NCBI RefSeq assembly: GCF_963662885.2
Contig: NZ_CAXXKG010000011.1
Coordinates: 8,282-72,281 of the forward strand
Origin: an uncultured Pseudodesulfovibrio sp.
Lineage (GTDB): Bacteria > Desulfobacterota > Desulfovibrionia > Desulfovibrionales > Desulfovibrionaceae
DNA length: 64,000 nt
Reading direction: 5' to 3'
In this document: positions 10,004 through 18,793 of the stretch, piece after piece
Position numbering within the stretch: the stretch's first letter is position 1
How the letters are laid out: every line of letters starts with the position of its first letter
Position numbers and translations under genes: made by a program
The notes under the pieces: generated by a model
Databases searched by the model: none
Told to the model about the DNA's origin: nothing
The model's input: only the letters and a program-made list of their open reading frames with translations

Positions 10004-10033
10004 GGTGCCCCCATGTGTTGATGAATCGAAGGT

Positions 10034-10183
10034 CTAGAACAGGTCGCTGGTGCATTCGTAAATGCCCCAGGCCAGCATGAGTATGGTCAGTACGAACAGT
10101 ATCTTGCGTTCGGTTTGCTTGCTGAAGTAGGTCACGCCGTTCTTGTGGACGAATTCGCGTTCCCGCTTTTCTTGCTCTCGCAT
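10034..10183 (-). CDS. 49-aa single-TM peptide (below the ORF-track length cutoff)
   Basis: GGAGAAACCC then ATG. MREQEKREREFVHKNGVTYFSKQTERKILFVLTILMLAWGIYECTSDLF. GC3-biased codons. Sits between the DASS and Yip1 genes. Confidence 0.4.
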   Translation of the reverse strand: MREQEKREREFVHKNGVTYFSKQTERKILFVLTILMLAWGIYECTSDLF

Positions 10184-10199
10184 GGGTTTCTCCTTTGGG

Positions 10200-10227
10200 A
10201 GGCGGCCCGCCCGGAAGCGGGCCGCCT
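10200..10227 (-). other. intercistronic stem-loop downstream of the DASS transporter gene
   Basis: aggcggcccgc / gcgggccgcct 11-bp stem with a 6-nt loop and no T-tract on the minus strand. Confidence 0.45.
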
Positions 10228-10250
10228 GTTGGTGTTTCAGGTCAGGGTCG

Positions 10251-12101
10251 TCAGAACGACGGCAGGCTTCCGAATCCGATGCCGCTCCAGTAGATCGCCG
10301 TGAGCAGCACGATCATTATGTTGGCGATGAACCACATGGGGATGCCCACGCGCAGGTAGTCCTTGGGCTCCAGGTAGCCGGAGGCGTAGACGATGGCGTT
10401 GGGCGGGGTCCCGATGATCAGGCAGTAGGCGAAGGAAGATGCCACTGCGGTGGCCATGGCCATGAACGGCAGGAAGGTGGTGCCGGGGTGCACGATGCTG
10501 GCCATGTTCAGGGTGATGGGACCGACCGCGGCGGCTGCTGGGCCGTCGGCCATCAGGTTGGTCAGCACGGCGGTCAGGCCGTTGGAGGTCAGCATTAGCG
10601 GGATGCCGTGGTCCATGCCCAGCGGGGCCAGCATGTCGATGACGGATTGGGCCAGCCAGTAGGCGGCGCCGGTCTTGTCCAGGGTGCGGCCGAAGATGAT
10701 CGCGCCCGCGTACAGCCAGACAACGCCCCAGTCCACCTTCTCCTGATAGTCGCGCCAGTTGACCACGCCGGCCAGCAGGTAGGCCACAGCGCCCGCGACC
10801 GCGATGACGCCGATGCCGAGACGGATGGGGTAGATGCCCATGTTGTAGAATTCCTTCTCGGTGAACCAGCCGAAGACCATGACGGCGAAGATGACCATTG
10901 CCCAGATCTGGTGCTTGTTCCACTTGCCCATCTTGCCGATTTCGCCTTCCAGGTGCCGCATGGCTGGAGCCAGGGAGGTGATACGGGGCTTGAAGAGCAG
11001 GTTGGTGGCGAACCAGGTGATCGGGATCATGACGACCACGAACGGGAAGCAGTACATGATCCACTGCGCGTACCCGATGTCCATGCCGAACATGTCGGTC
11101 AGGTAGGTCATCATGATGACGTTGCGCGCGCCGCCGGACGGAGCGCCGGGGCCGCCGATGTTACAGGCCATGGCGATGGAGATCATCAGCATCTTGGCCA
11201 GTTCCTTGTCCTCGGGCACCTCGTCGGTCAGGCTGTTCTGGTAGAGCAGCATGCCGATGGGCAGGAACATGGCGGCCAGGGCGTGGTCGGAGATGAACGC
11301 GGCCAGCGGGGAGATGACGATGAAGAAGATGAGCGTGATCCAACGGACGTTGGGCACGGCCAGCTTCTTGAACATCAGGAGACACATGCGCTTGTCCACG
11401 CCGGTCTTGACGAAGGCGGCGGCGAACATGAGCGAACCCATGATGAACCATACCGCGTCGTCCCAGTAGAGTCCGGCCACCTCGCTGCGCGAGACCACGC
11501 CGGTGAAGACCAGAATGAGGCCGATGCAGAACGCCACGCCGGGCAGCGGCATGCATTCGGTCATGAAGCAGAAGACCACGAACACGACCATGGCGATGGC
11601 CACCTTGATGCTCCAGGCCCCCTTGTTGGCGCTCTTCTGGTCCTTCTTGGACAGCTCCTGGTAGTCCAGGCCCTTCATGCGCTTGTCAAAAGCGCCCTTC
11701 ATGATGCTCATGTACCTGTCGGGCGGGATGGTATCGTCCACGAAGGCCAGGGCGCGCTTGAAGTTTTCCGAATCCACGGGGATCTTGTACTTCTTGGCCC
11801 AACTTTCGTTGCGCTTCATGAGCCGTTCCTTGGACAGGGCGCCCATGCGCATGTTCTGTTCCATCATGCGGGCGGTCAGCAGCTCCCACTGCTCGCAGGC
11901 CGAGCTTTTTTTCTGGAAGAGCTCCTGACAGAGATAGTTGGTCACGACCTTGGGGCCGACCGAATACTGCATGCCGACCTTCTTCATCCCCTGGGGGGTG
12001 GGAAGAAGCAGGATTGCAGTGAAAAGTACCACCGGAATTATGAGCAGCTTCCAATTGACGAACTTGTCGTAACCGGTCGCTTTCTTCTTTGCTTGAGCCA
12101 T
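10251..12101 (-). CDS. DASS/SLC13-family anion (di/tricarboxylate or sulfate) transporter with a long N-terminal extension
   Basis: 616 aa with many TM helices and an SLC13-like repeat architecture. The first ~165 aa are one TM plus a charged soluble region. Confidence 0.8.
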   Translation of the reverse strand: MAQAKKKATGYDKFVNWKLLIIPVVLFTAILLLPTPQGMKKVGMQYSVGPKVVTNYLCQELFQKKSSACEQWELLTARMMEQNMRMGALSKERLMKRNESWAKKYKIPVDSENFKRALAFVDDTIPPDRYMSIMKGAFDKRMKGLDYQELSKKDQKSANKGAWSIKVAIAMVVFVVFCFMTECMPLPGVAFCIGLILVFTGVVSRSEVAGLYWDDAVWFIMGSLMFAAAFVKTGVDKRMCLLMFKKLAVPNVRWITLIFFIVISPLAAFISDHALAAMFLPIGMLLYQNSLTDEVPEDKELAKMLMISIAMACNIGGPGAPSGGARNVIMMTYLTDMFGMDIGYAQWIMYCFPFVVVMIPITWFATNLLFKPRITSLAPAMRHLEGEIGKMGKWNKHQIWAMVIFAVMVFGWFTEKEFYNMGIYPIRLGIGVIAVAGAVAYLLAGVVNWRDYQEKVDWGVVWLYAGAIIFGRTLDKTGAAYWLAQSVIDMLAPLGMDHGIPLMLTSNGLTAVLTNLMADGPAAAAVGPITLNMASIVHPGTTFLPFMAMATAVASSFAYCLIIGTPPNAIVYASGYLEPKDYLRVGIPMWFIANIMIVLLTAIYWSGIGFGSLPSF

Positions 12102-12127
12102 TTGGAACCTCGCAATCGGGCTTCGGG

Positions 12128-13027
12128 TTAGCTGGACGAAATGATCTTGGCGATTTCGTAGAAGAGTTCCTGTTCGCGAACGATGCCCACGTCCCTGTTC
12201 CCGTCACGGACGAGCATGCGCCGGGCCGGAAGCGTGATCATCGTGTTCGCCACGTCCATGAGATTGGCGTCTGCATTGATGACCGGGATGGTGTCGGACA
12301 TGATGTCGCGCACGGGATTGCCCATGGTTTCCCTGACCCGCGAGGAGAACAGCCCCTGCCAGAACATGGCCGAGTATTGGAGGCTGTCCGCCATGGACGG
12401 CTTGGGCGCGGACAGATAGCCGGGCCTGATGGCGTCCACCAGGTCCAGTGGGCTGAGCAGACCGGCCACGCTGCCGTCGGGATTCGTGACCACCACCGAG
12501 CGGTGCCCGGTGTCCATGAGCCGGTCCGTGGCCATGAGATGGCGCATGGACTCCTCAAGGGCCTTGATGGCGTCGCGTACGGTGCTGTTCAGGGGAATCT
12601 GGGTATATTCGTCCAGAGGGATCATGATCCCTCGGGCCAGCTTTTCGACGTAGGGCGCCTTGGTGGCGTACTCGAAGGCGTCCTGAATCTTGGTGCTCAG
12701 GAGGTCCACGTCGCAGGGTTTGGCCAGGTAATCGAAGGCGCCGGTGTCGAGCGCCTTCTTGGCTCCGGGCATGTCGCCGTGGCCGGTGAGCATTATCACC
12801 GGCAGTTCCGGCAGTTTGGCCTTGATCAGTTTGAGGGTTTCGTGTCCGTCCAGGCCACCCATTTTGACATCCAGAATGACGACGTCCGGCTTGTCGGCCA
12901 GTTTCTCCAACGCCTCTTCCCCACTGGCCGCCAGGATCGTGTCGAATCCTTTGCGGGCCAATATCTTCGCAGTGGTGGTGCGGAAGCGTTCCTCATCGTC
13001 GACCATGAGGACCTTGATTTTAACCAT
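12128..13027 (-). CDS. response regulator: receiver + CBS-pair domain
   Basis: KVLMVDDEERF, ILDVKMGGLDG, LTGHG, DYLAKP, followed by ~150 aa with a tandem CBS-like pattern. Confidence 0.8.
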   Translation of the reverse strand: MVKIKVLMVDDEERFRTTTAKILARKGFDTILAASGEEALEKLADKPDVVILDVKMGGLDGHETLKLIKAKLPELPVIMLTGHGDMPGAKKALDTGAFDYLAKPCDVDLLSTKIQDAFEYATKAPYVEKLARGIMIPLDEYTQIPLNSTVRDAIKALEESMRHLMATDRLMDTGHRSVVVTNPDGSVAGLLSPLDLVDAIRPGYLSAPKPSMADSLQYSAMFWQGLFSSRVRETMGNPVRDIMSDTIPVINADANLMDVANTMITLPARRMLVRDGNRDVGIVREQELFYEIAKIISSS

Positions 13028-13047
13028 TACAACCTCCTTGAAGTTAG

Positions 13048-13482
13048 CTAGCGCAGTTCACCCTGACCGGTGGATTCAACCATCCGGGCAGAGTGTATTT
13101 TCTTTTTTTGAAGCGTAACTTTTTCAAAGGCTTCCTCGGCCTTGCCAAGAAAGTCCTTCATGCTGACGGGTTTGATCAGATAGTCCAGGGCACCGAGCTT
13201 GAGGCCCTCCACCGCGGTTTCCATGGTGGCGTGTCCGGTGAGGATGATGACCTCGCTTAGGGGATGGTTCTTCTTGATGTGCTGCAGCGTTTCCATGCCA
13301 TCCATTCCGGGCATCTTGATGTCGAGAAAGATGACGTGCGCTTCATAGGCATTCAGCACGTCGAGGGCGTCGGCTCCAGAGGTGGCCGTGCGCGTCTCGA
13401 TGCCGAGTTTTTCGAACAGCTTTTTCGTGGTACTGAGCAGTCGCTCTTCATCGTCCACGAGGAGGATTCTCATCTGTTCCAT
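13048..13482 (-). CDS. single-domain response regulator
   Basis: Start moved to ATG 13482 (MEQMRILLVDDEERL). FLDIKMPGMDG, LTGH, DYLIKP. Confidence 0.9.
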   Translation of the reverse strand: MEQMRILLVDDEERLLSTTKKLFEKLGIETRTATSGADALDVLNAYEAHVIFLDIKMPGMDGMETLQHIKKNHPLSEVIILTGHATMETAVEGLKLGALDYLIKPVSMKDFLGKAEEAFEKVTLQKKKIHSARMVESTGQGELR

Positions 13483-13513
13483 GGTGTCACCGTTGGGTTG
13501 ATCGGTTGTTATT

Positions 13514-13636
13514 CCGCAAAATCTGTCCCAACTTAGCAACTCACATGCCAAACATAACTAATTGATTTATAGAACTATTTTCACGCAAAATTGATTGCGA
13601 GACAGGTTTGCAAGATGCTATTGCACGCAAAATCTG
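13514..13636. promoter_or_regulatory. three CGCAAAAT(C/T)TG boxes (candidate activator sites)
   Basis: ccgcaaaatctg at 13514-13525, cacgcaaaattg at 13582-13593 (part of the inverted repeat CGCAA-N6-TTGCG), and cacgcaaaatctg at 13624-13636. Confidence 0.4.
13536..13550 (-). promoter_or_regulatory. sigma-54 (-24/-12) promoter
   Basis: The minus strand reads TGGCAT-GTGAG-TTGC, an exact GG-N10-GC geometry. The predicted +1 is about 42 nt upstream of ATG 13482. Confidence 0.7.
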
Positions 13637-13826
13637 GCGGTGAATTGAATGATGGAGCGTGGTATGGGAACAATTCAGGGGTGCTCAATGCCCACAGCCC
13701 ACAGGGATGGCAGGAGAATTCCGGGACAGGTACGCATATCCCACATGACGGAAGGCATGGATACTGCTAGGCTACGTTACGTTCATGTTAAGAAAGAGGT
13801 CTTCGGACCAAGGGGAATGGTGGCGC

Positions 13827-16800
13827 ATGCCTTCGTTGTATTATGATAAAAATGATCATAAACTACTTGAAATAGTAGAAGATGTTTTAAATCGCGGCGT
13901 GGACAAGACGCAGTTCAAGACACTGCTCGAGCCCTACCTGAAGCCCCACGGCATCAAGGAACTGGCAGCGGACAGGGGATTGCGCATTGCCTATGCGATC
14001 ATGCACCTGCTCGAATCGCTCAAGTCGGATCAGGCCTCAGAGCGGACCAAGGCCCTTATCGCCCTGCGCGACGAGACCCTGACCGCGGCCAAGGGCCCCA
14101 TGCGCAACAACAGGGCACGGGTCCTGCTCCAGATCGGCAAGGAATTGGTCCGGGCCAAGGGCGACCGTTGTCGTCAACTGGCCCTGGCCCATGACTTTCG
14201 CCGCGCCGCGGCCGGAAAGGTCGGCTTTTTGCGCCAACAGATGCGCCGCTATCACCTCCTGGAGATGCCCGAGGAGTGGAATCAGATCGCCTTTGACGAT
14301 CGGGTTCATGACGCCAACAGCAAAGGACGCAAATCCGCAACCCACCTGGTCATGGACGCCTGGATCAAGGGCATTCGCTATTTGACCGTGGTCTATTATG
14401 ATTGCGTGGATCTGCCCGTGGCGCGGGAGTTGCTGGCCTCGGCCGCCATCCTCGGCATCAAGGTGCGCCTGGGCATCGAGTACCGCGCCATGCACCGGGG
14501 CCGATTCATCAAGTTCGTCTGGTGCCCCGGGGGGCTGCGTGACGACTGCGATATCGAGAGCCTTTTCCGGGTGGACGCGGTACGGGAACTGATGGAGCAG
14601 GGCAGAGAGGTTCGCGCGACCCGTTCGGAATACGTTCGGGCCGTGATCGGCGCCTACAACGAGCGGCACCGTCAATCCATCCACAAGGAATTCGGGGTCA
14701 TGCTGCCGCCGGTGGACTATGATGAAATGGTCGCCGCCGTGGGCGTGGACCAGCCTTCGGTCCTGCATTTGGGCAATTACATCCACTCTCAGGCCATGCC
14801 GCTTTTCGAGGAGCGGGTTGCCGCCCTGCGCAAGTGGGCCGACCAGGCGGATTACGACGCCAGAGCCGCCATCGCCATGCAGGTGGAATCATTGGATGCC
14901 CTGGACGTGGACACCCTGGTGGCCCGGTATCTTTCCCCGGCTGAGAACCGGGACATCCCGGACCCGGACATGCCTCGGGATGAGGGGCTGCCGGCCCTGC
15001 TTTCCATGACTCCGGCCGAGTTGACCTCCAGGTTGCGCAAAGTGGCCCATTCCAGCCACCTGACATTGATCCTGGCCGATCTCGAGCTGGAAGACGTTCT
15101 GGAGATTCTCTTCCAGTGCCAGGGCCGCATCACCCATCTGGAAGTGTTCAACACCAAGCATCTCGACCCTGGCCAGACCCGGCAGCGTATGCCGTTCAGC
15201 CAGTTGCAGCAGGCTCTCAACGAGCAGAGCGCGGTCAAGCTCAAGCGACTCATCCGCGCCTGCATGGACGATGTCCGCAAGCGGGACAGTGCGGACGCCG
15301 AGGACCGACTGGAGATACTGGAAGGGGTTTTGGAACGGTTCAACAGACTTTTGGAGTTCTACAAGCGGGTGCCGCTGGGAACCAGCATCGGTTCCGGCTC
15401 CACAGGGCGTTCCACCCGGACCCATGGCATGGGATTCGCGGTCCTGGAGACCCTTCCTCTGCGGGCCCAGCGCGAGGCGGCGCGGCTTCAGCCCGGCGAT
15501 CGTATCCCGGTGCAGTGCACGGCGATCCGGTCCAACGAGTATGTCATGCCCCGTCAGACAAAGGGATTCTGGAGCGGGCTGATCCATATGGTTTCCCAGA
15601 TGTCCATCCTGCGTCGGCTCGTCTGCCGCGTATGCACCCGATGGCGTGTGGAGGAATATGCCGTGATCGAAACGGGCGGCAACCTGCTCGCCCTGGGCGG
15701 CAGGCGGCAGGAAGGCAACGGGCTGTCCCTGTTCAAGTCCGATGGCCCTTGCCAGCATCGTCCTTCGCTCGGCCATCTGAACACCAGGCTCAAGAACCTG
15801 CTCAAGGTCATGGCCGGATTCATCCCCGCCTTTCTGACCTTTTACCTGACCAAGGACTGGTGGGTTCTGGCCTACCTCGGCGGACTCATCTGGTTTTCCA
15901 TCACGGGCCTGCGCAACGTCATCCAGTCGGTGCTCGGCGGCGGCGGGCTCAGGCGCTCACCGTTTTTGGCCTGGAACGACTACGTCGACTGGGAGCGGAT
16001 CTCCGAGTCCCTGCTCTATACGGGCTTTTCCGTGCCGCTGCTCGACTGGCTGTGCAAGTCGATGCTCATGGACAAGGGGTTCGGGGTGACCACGGCCACG
16101 AACCCGTTGCTGCTCTATTCCGTCATGGCCCTGACCAACGGGATCTACATCTCGACGCACAACGTGATCCGTGGATTGCCCAGGGAGGCGGCTGCGGCCA
16201 ATTTCTTCCGCAGCGTGCTGTCCATCCCCATCGCCATGCTCTTCAACTGGGCCATCCAGGGCATTCTGGTTCTGGCGGGATCGGCGGACCCCATGGCCGC
16301 GCTGCAACTGTGGGCGGCGGTCATCTCCAAACTGGCCTCGGACTGCGTGGCCGGCGTCATCGAAGGATTTGCGGACCGCAGGCGGAACATCGCCATGCGC
16401 CGATGGGATTATTCGGAAAAGCTGCGCCAGGTCTTTGAAATCTATTCGCGCCTGGAGATCGCCTTCCCCACTCGGGATATGCTCGGCATGCTCAACCGCC
16501 CTGCGGAGTTCATCGCCTTTTCCAGGGAGTCGAACTTCAACCATGTTCCCGAGGTTATCGCCAACGCCTTGGATCTGCTGTACATAATGGCCTACAAACC
16601 GCGCGCCAGAGAGGCCCTGCGCCAGGCCCTGGAGACCATGTCCGAGGACGAGCTGTCCGTGTTCCTGGCATCGCAGCAGATTCTGCGCGAGGAACAGTCG
16701 GTCTCCATGCTCTTCGTGGACGGCCTGGTCGGGCGCAACTTCGCCAAGGGTTTGTCCTTCTACCTGACCCGCTACGGGGCCTATCTGGACCAGATCGGCA

Positions 16801-16847
16801 AGATGACCGACGAGGCCATGCAGAAGTTGGCGGGGGACGAAGCCTAG
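13827..16847 (+). CDS. large hypothetical protein: ~640-aa soluble region + ~6 TM helices + helical C-terminal tail
   Basis: 1006-1020-aa ORF. ATG 13827 follows AAGGGGA; the track start is 13785. Strong GC3 bias. No catalytic motif recognised. Confidence 0.75.
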   Translation: MPSLYYDKNDHKLLEIVEDVLNRGVDKTQFKTLLEPYLKPHGIKELAADRGLRIAYAIMHLLESLKSDQASERTKALIALRDETLTAAKGPMRNNRARVLLQIGKELVRAKGDRCRQLALAHDFRRAAAGKVGFLRQQMRRYHLLEMPEEWNQIAFDDRVHDANSKGRKSATHLVMDAWIKGIRYLTVVYYDCVDLPVARELLASAAILGIKVRLGIEYRAMHRGRFIKFVWCPGGLRDDCDIESLFRVDAVRELMEQGREVRATRSEYVRAVIGAYNERHRQSIHKEFGVMLPPVDYDEMVAAVGVDQPSVLHLGNYIHSQAMPLFEERVAALRKWADQADYDARAAIAMQVESLDALDVDTLVARYLSPAENRDIPDPDMPRDEGLPALLSMTPAELTSRLRKVAHSSHLTLILADLELEDVLEILFQCQGRITHLEVFNTKHLDPGQTRQRMPFSQLQQALNEQSAVKLKRLIRACMDDVRKRDSADAEDRLEILEGVLERFNRLLEFYKRVPLGTSIGSGSTGRSTRTHGMGFAVLETLPLRAQREAARLQPGDRIPVQCTAIRSNEYVMPRQTKGFWSGLIHMVSQMSILRRLVCRVCTRWRVEEYAVIETGGNLLALGGRRQEGNGLSLFKSDGPCQHRPSLGHLNTRLKNLLKVMAGFIPAFLTFYLTKDWWVLAYLGGLIWFSITGLRNVIQSVLGGGGLRRSPFLAWNDYVDWERISESLLYTGFSVPLLDWLCKSMLMDKGFGVTTATNPLLLYSVMALTNGIYISTHNVIRGLPREAAAANFFRSVLSIPIAMLFNWAIQGILVLAGSADPMAALQLWAAVISKLASDCVAGVIEGFADRRRNIAMRRWDYSEKLRQVFEIYSRLEIAFPTRDMLGMLNRPAEFIAFSRESNFNHVPEVIANALDLLYIMAYKPRAREALRQALETMSEDELSVFLASQQILREEQSVSMLFVDGLVGRNFAKGLSFYLTRYGAYLDQIGKMTDEAMQKLAGDEA

Positions 16848-16888
16848 GCTCCGTCCCCCTATGGGGGTGTCCCTTGAGCGGGACGGCG

Positions 16889-18565
16889 TCATGCGCCCTT
16901 GCCGGGGATACGAACGGTGAAGGTCGTGCCTTCGCCCTTGGTGCTGTCCACGGTCAGTTCGCCGCCCAGTGCGTCGATGATCGAGTGGCAGACGGACAGG
17001 CCCAACCCCGTGCCCTGACCGGGCGCTTTTGTGGTGAAGAAGGGCATGAATATCTTGGACAGACTCTCCTGATTGATGCCGCAGCCGTTGTCGGCCACGG
17101 TGATCACAGCCCGGCCCCGGTCGTCGCCTCTGGCCGCCACTTCTATGCGACCGCCCTTTGATCCGTGGCGGTCCACCACCGCATGGATGGCGTTGTTTAG
17201 CAGGTTGACCATGACCTGCTGTAACTGGCCCGGATCGGCAATAACGGGCGGAACGTCCGGTCCCACGTCGCAGGTCACGTCGATACCGTTGACCTGGGCC
17301 TTGTTTCGGATCATGGCCCCTACCTTGGGCAGGAAATCGGCCAGGTCCATGTCCTCGACATGTGGCGCGTCCTGCCGTCCGAAGCGCAATATCTCGCGGG
17401 TGATTGCCGCGCAGCGTCCGATCTGGATCTGGAACTGGTCCGCGATCTCCTTCAACTCATCACACGCCTCTCGGTTGTCGCACACATCGGTCACGTCCTT
17501 GAGGGTCAACTCCAGCAGAGCGAGGTCGGTCTTCATGATCTGCAACGGGTTGTTGATCTCGTGCGCGAACCCGGCGGCCATCTCACCGAGTTCGGCCAGG
17601 CGGGCGGCCTGGAGCAACTGGCCTTCCAGCTTGTCTACCGCCGCAGCCTGGCCACGCAGTGTCTCGGACAGACGGCGGCTGACGATCAGGGCAAGGACCA
17701 CGATGACGGCCCCGCCGCAGAGCAGCACGAAAAGGACCGTATAGCTGGCCATGACCACGGTCTGGAAGGCCTCCTCCTCCTTTTGCCGGACGATGAGCCG
17801 CCACTTGCCGTCGTTGAGGCGGGCCGAGGCGAACAGATACTCCTCATCGTCGTCGGTTCCCGTAAACGAGATCAGGTTCTCGTTTTGTGGAGGGTAGGGG
17901 TAGCCGTCCCGTTCGAGCAGCGCACCGCCGGACCTTCGATTGGTCTGGAACAACCCCTGACTGTTGAGGATGTAAGCTTCGCCGGTGTCGCCAAGGCCCG
18001 GAGCTCCCACCATATTCCCGAAAATGGTCGGGTTGACCGTGGCCCGCAGGGTCCAGACCCGGCCGTCGATGCGCCGGGTCACGGCGATGACGAAATGGGG
18101 CACCTTTCGGTAGCCGAGATAGACGTCGCTGATGAAATAGCCGTTTTGCAGGGTCTCTCTGTACCAGTCCGCATCGCTGTAATCCTTGTCGGCCAGGCCG
18201 AAGGGGCCGACGTAGGCTGCGTGTCTGCCCTGCGGGTCGATAAGCCCCATATCCTGGAAGACCGGTCCGCCCGAGCGCAGCCATGATGTCAACTCGGTCA
18301 GGGCTTCCTGACCGTGCAGGGAGTCAACAGGGAGCAGCGCCATGAACGAGTCCAGGTCGTTTCGGCGTTCGTGAAGAAATTCGTCGATGAGTGCCGCCCG
18401 GTCCACGGCAGCCTGCCGGATAGAAGAGACCGAAAATCGCTTGGACGCCCCGGCAAAGGAGTAGAATCCGATGGCTGCCGAAATGAGCAGAGGGATCGCC
18501 GGAATGACGATCATGGTGACGAGGAGCAATCTGTGAATCCCGCAAAGGGGTTTTTGCGTGGCCAT
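16889..18565 (-). CDS. Cache-type sensor histidine kinase (paralog of 4650-6335)
   Basis: The same YISDVYLGYRKVPHFVIAV Cache-like core. H-box FAHEINNPL. DNGCGI and GTGLGLS boxes. Confidence 0.9.
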   Translation of the reverse strand: MATQKPLCGIHRLLLVTMIVIPAIPLLISAAIGFYSFAGASKRFSVSSIRQAAVDRAALIDEFLHERRNDLDSFMALLPVDSLHGQEALTELTSWLRSGGPVFQDMGLIDPQGRHAAYVGPFGLADKDYSDADWYRETLQNGYFISDVYLGYRKVPHFVIAVTRRIDGRVWTLRATVNPTIFGNMVGAPGLGDTGEAYILNSQGLFQTNRRSGGALLERDGYPYPPQNENLISFTGTDDDEEYLFASARLNDGKWRLIVRQKEEEAFQTVVMASYTVLFVLLCGGAVIVVLALIVSRRLSETLRGQAAAVDKLEGQLLQAARLAELGEMAAGFAHEINNPLQIMKTDLALLELTLKDVTDVCDNREACDELKEIADQFQIQIGRCAAITREILRFGRQDAPHVEDMDLADFLPKVGAMIRNKAQVNGIDVTCDVGPDVPPVIADPGQLQQVMVNLLNNAIHAVVDRHGSKGGRIEVAARGDDRGRAVITVADNGCGINQESLSKIFMPFFTTKAPGQGTGLGLSVCHSIIDALGGELTVDSTKGEGTTFTVRIPGKGA

Positions 18566-18678
18566 GGTTTTCTGCCTGATTTTAATTGCAAGAAATTTTA
18601 AAAAATTAACATTTATTCCAAATAGTTAAAAAATCGTGCAAAACTATTATTTTGCATAATGAATCCAGGGAGTATTTA

Positions 18679-18693
18679 GCAACCATTGTGCCG
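18679..18693 (-). promoter_or_regulatory. sigma-54 promoter (near-consensus)
   Basis: The minus strand reads CGGCAC-AATGG-TTGC. About 100 nt upstream of ATG 18565. Confidence 0.55.
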
Positions 18694-18726
18694 GAAAGGA
18701 TTTGACAAAGGGGTTTGAAGGGGCAT

Positions 18727-18753
18727 AACGGCAAAAACATATGAGGTGCCGTT
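18727..18753. promoter_or_regulatory. inverted repeat AACGGCA-N13-TGCCGTT upstream of the 18679 promoter
   Basis: 7-bp perfect arms, at about -60 to -86 relative to the predicted +1 on the minus strand. Confidence 0.35.
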
Positions 18754-18793
18754 CATCTGTCCGGCCCGCCGCAAGCACGTGAAAGAGGTTGTC

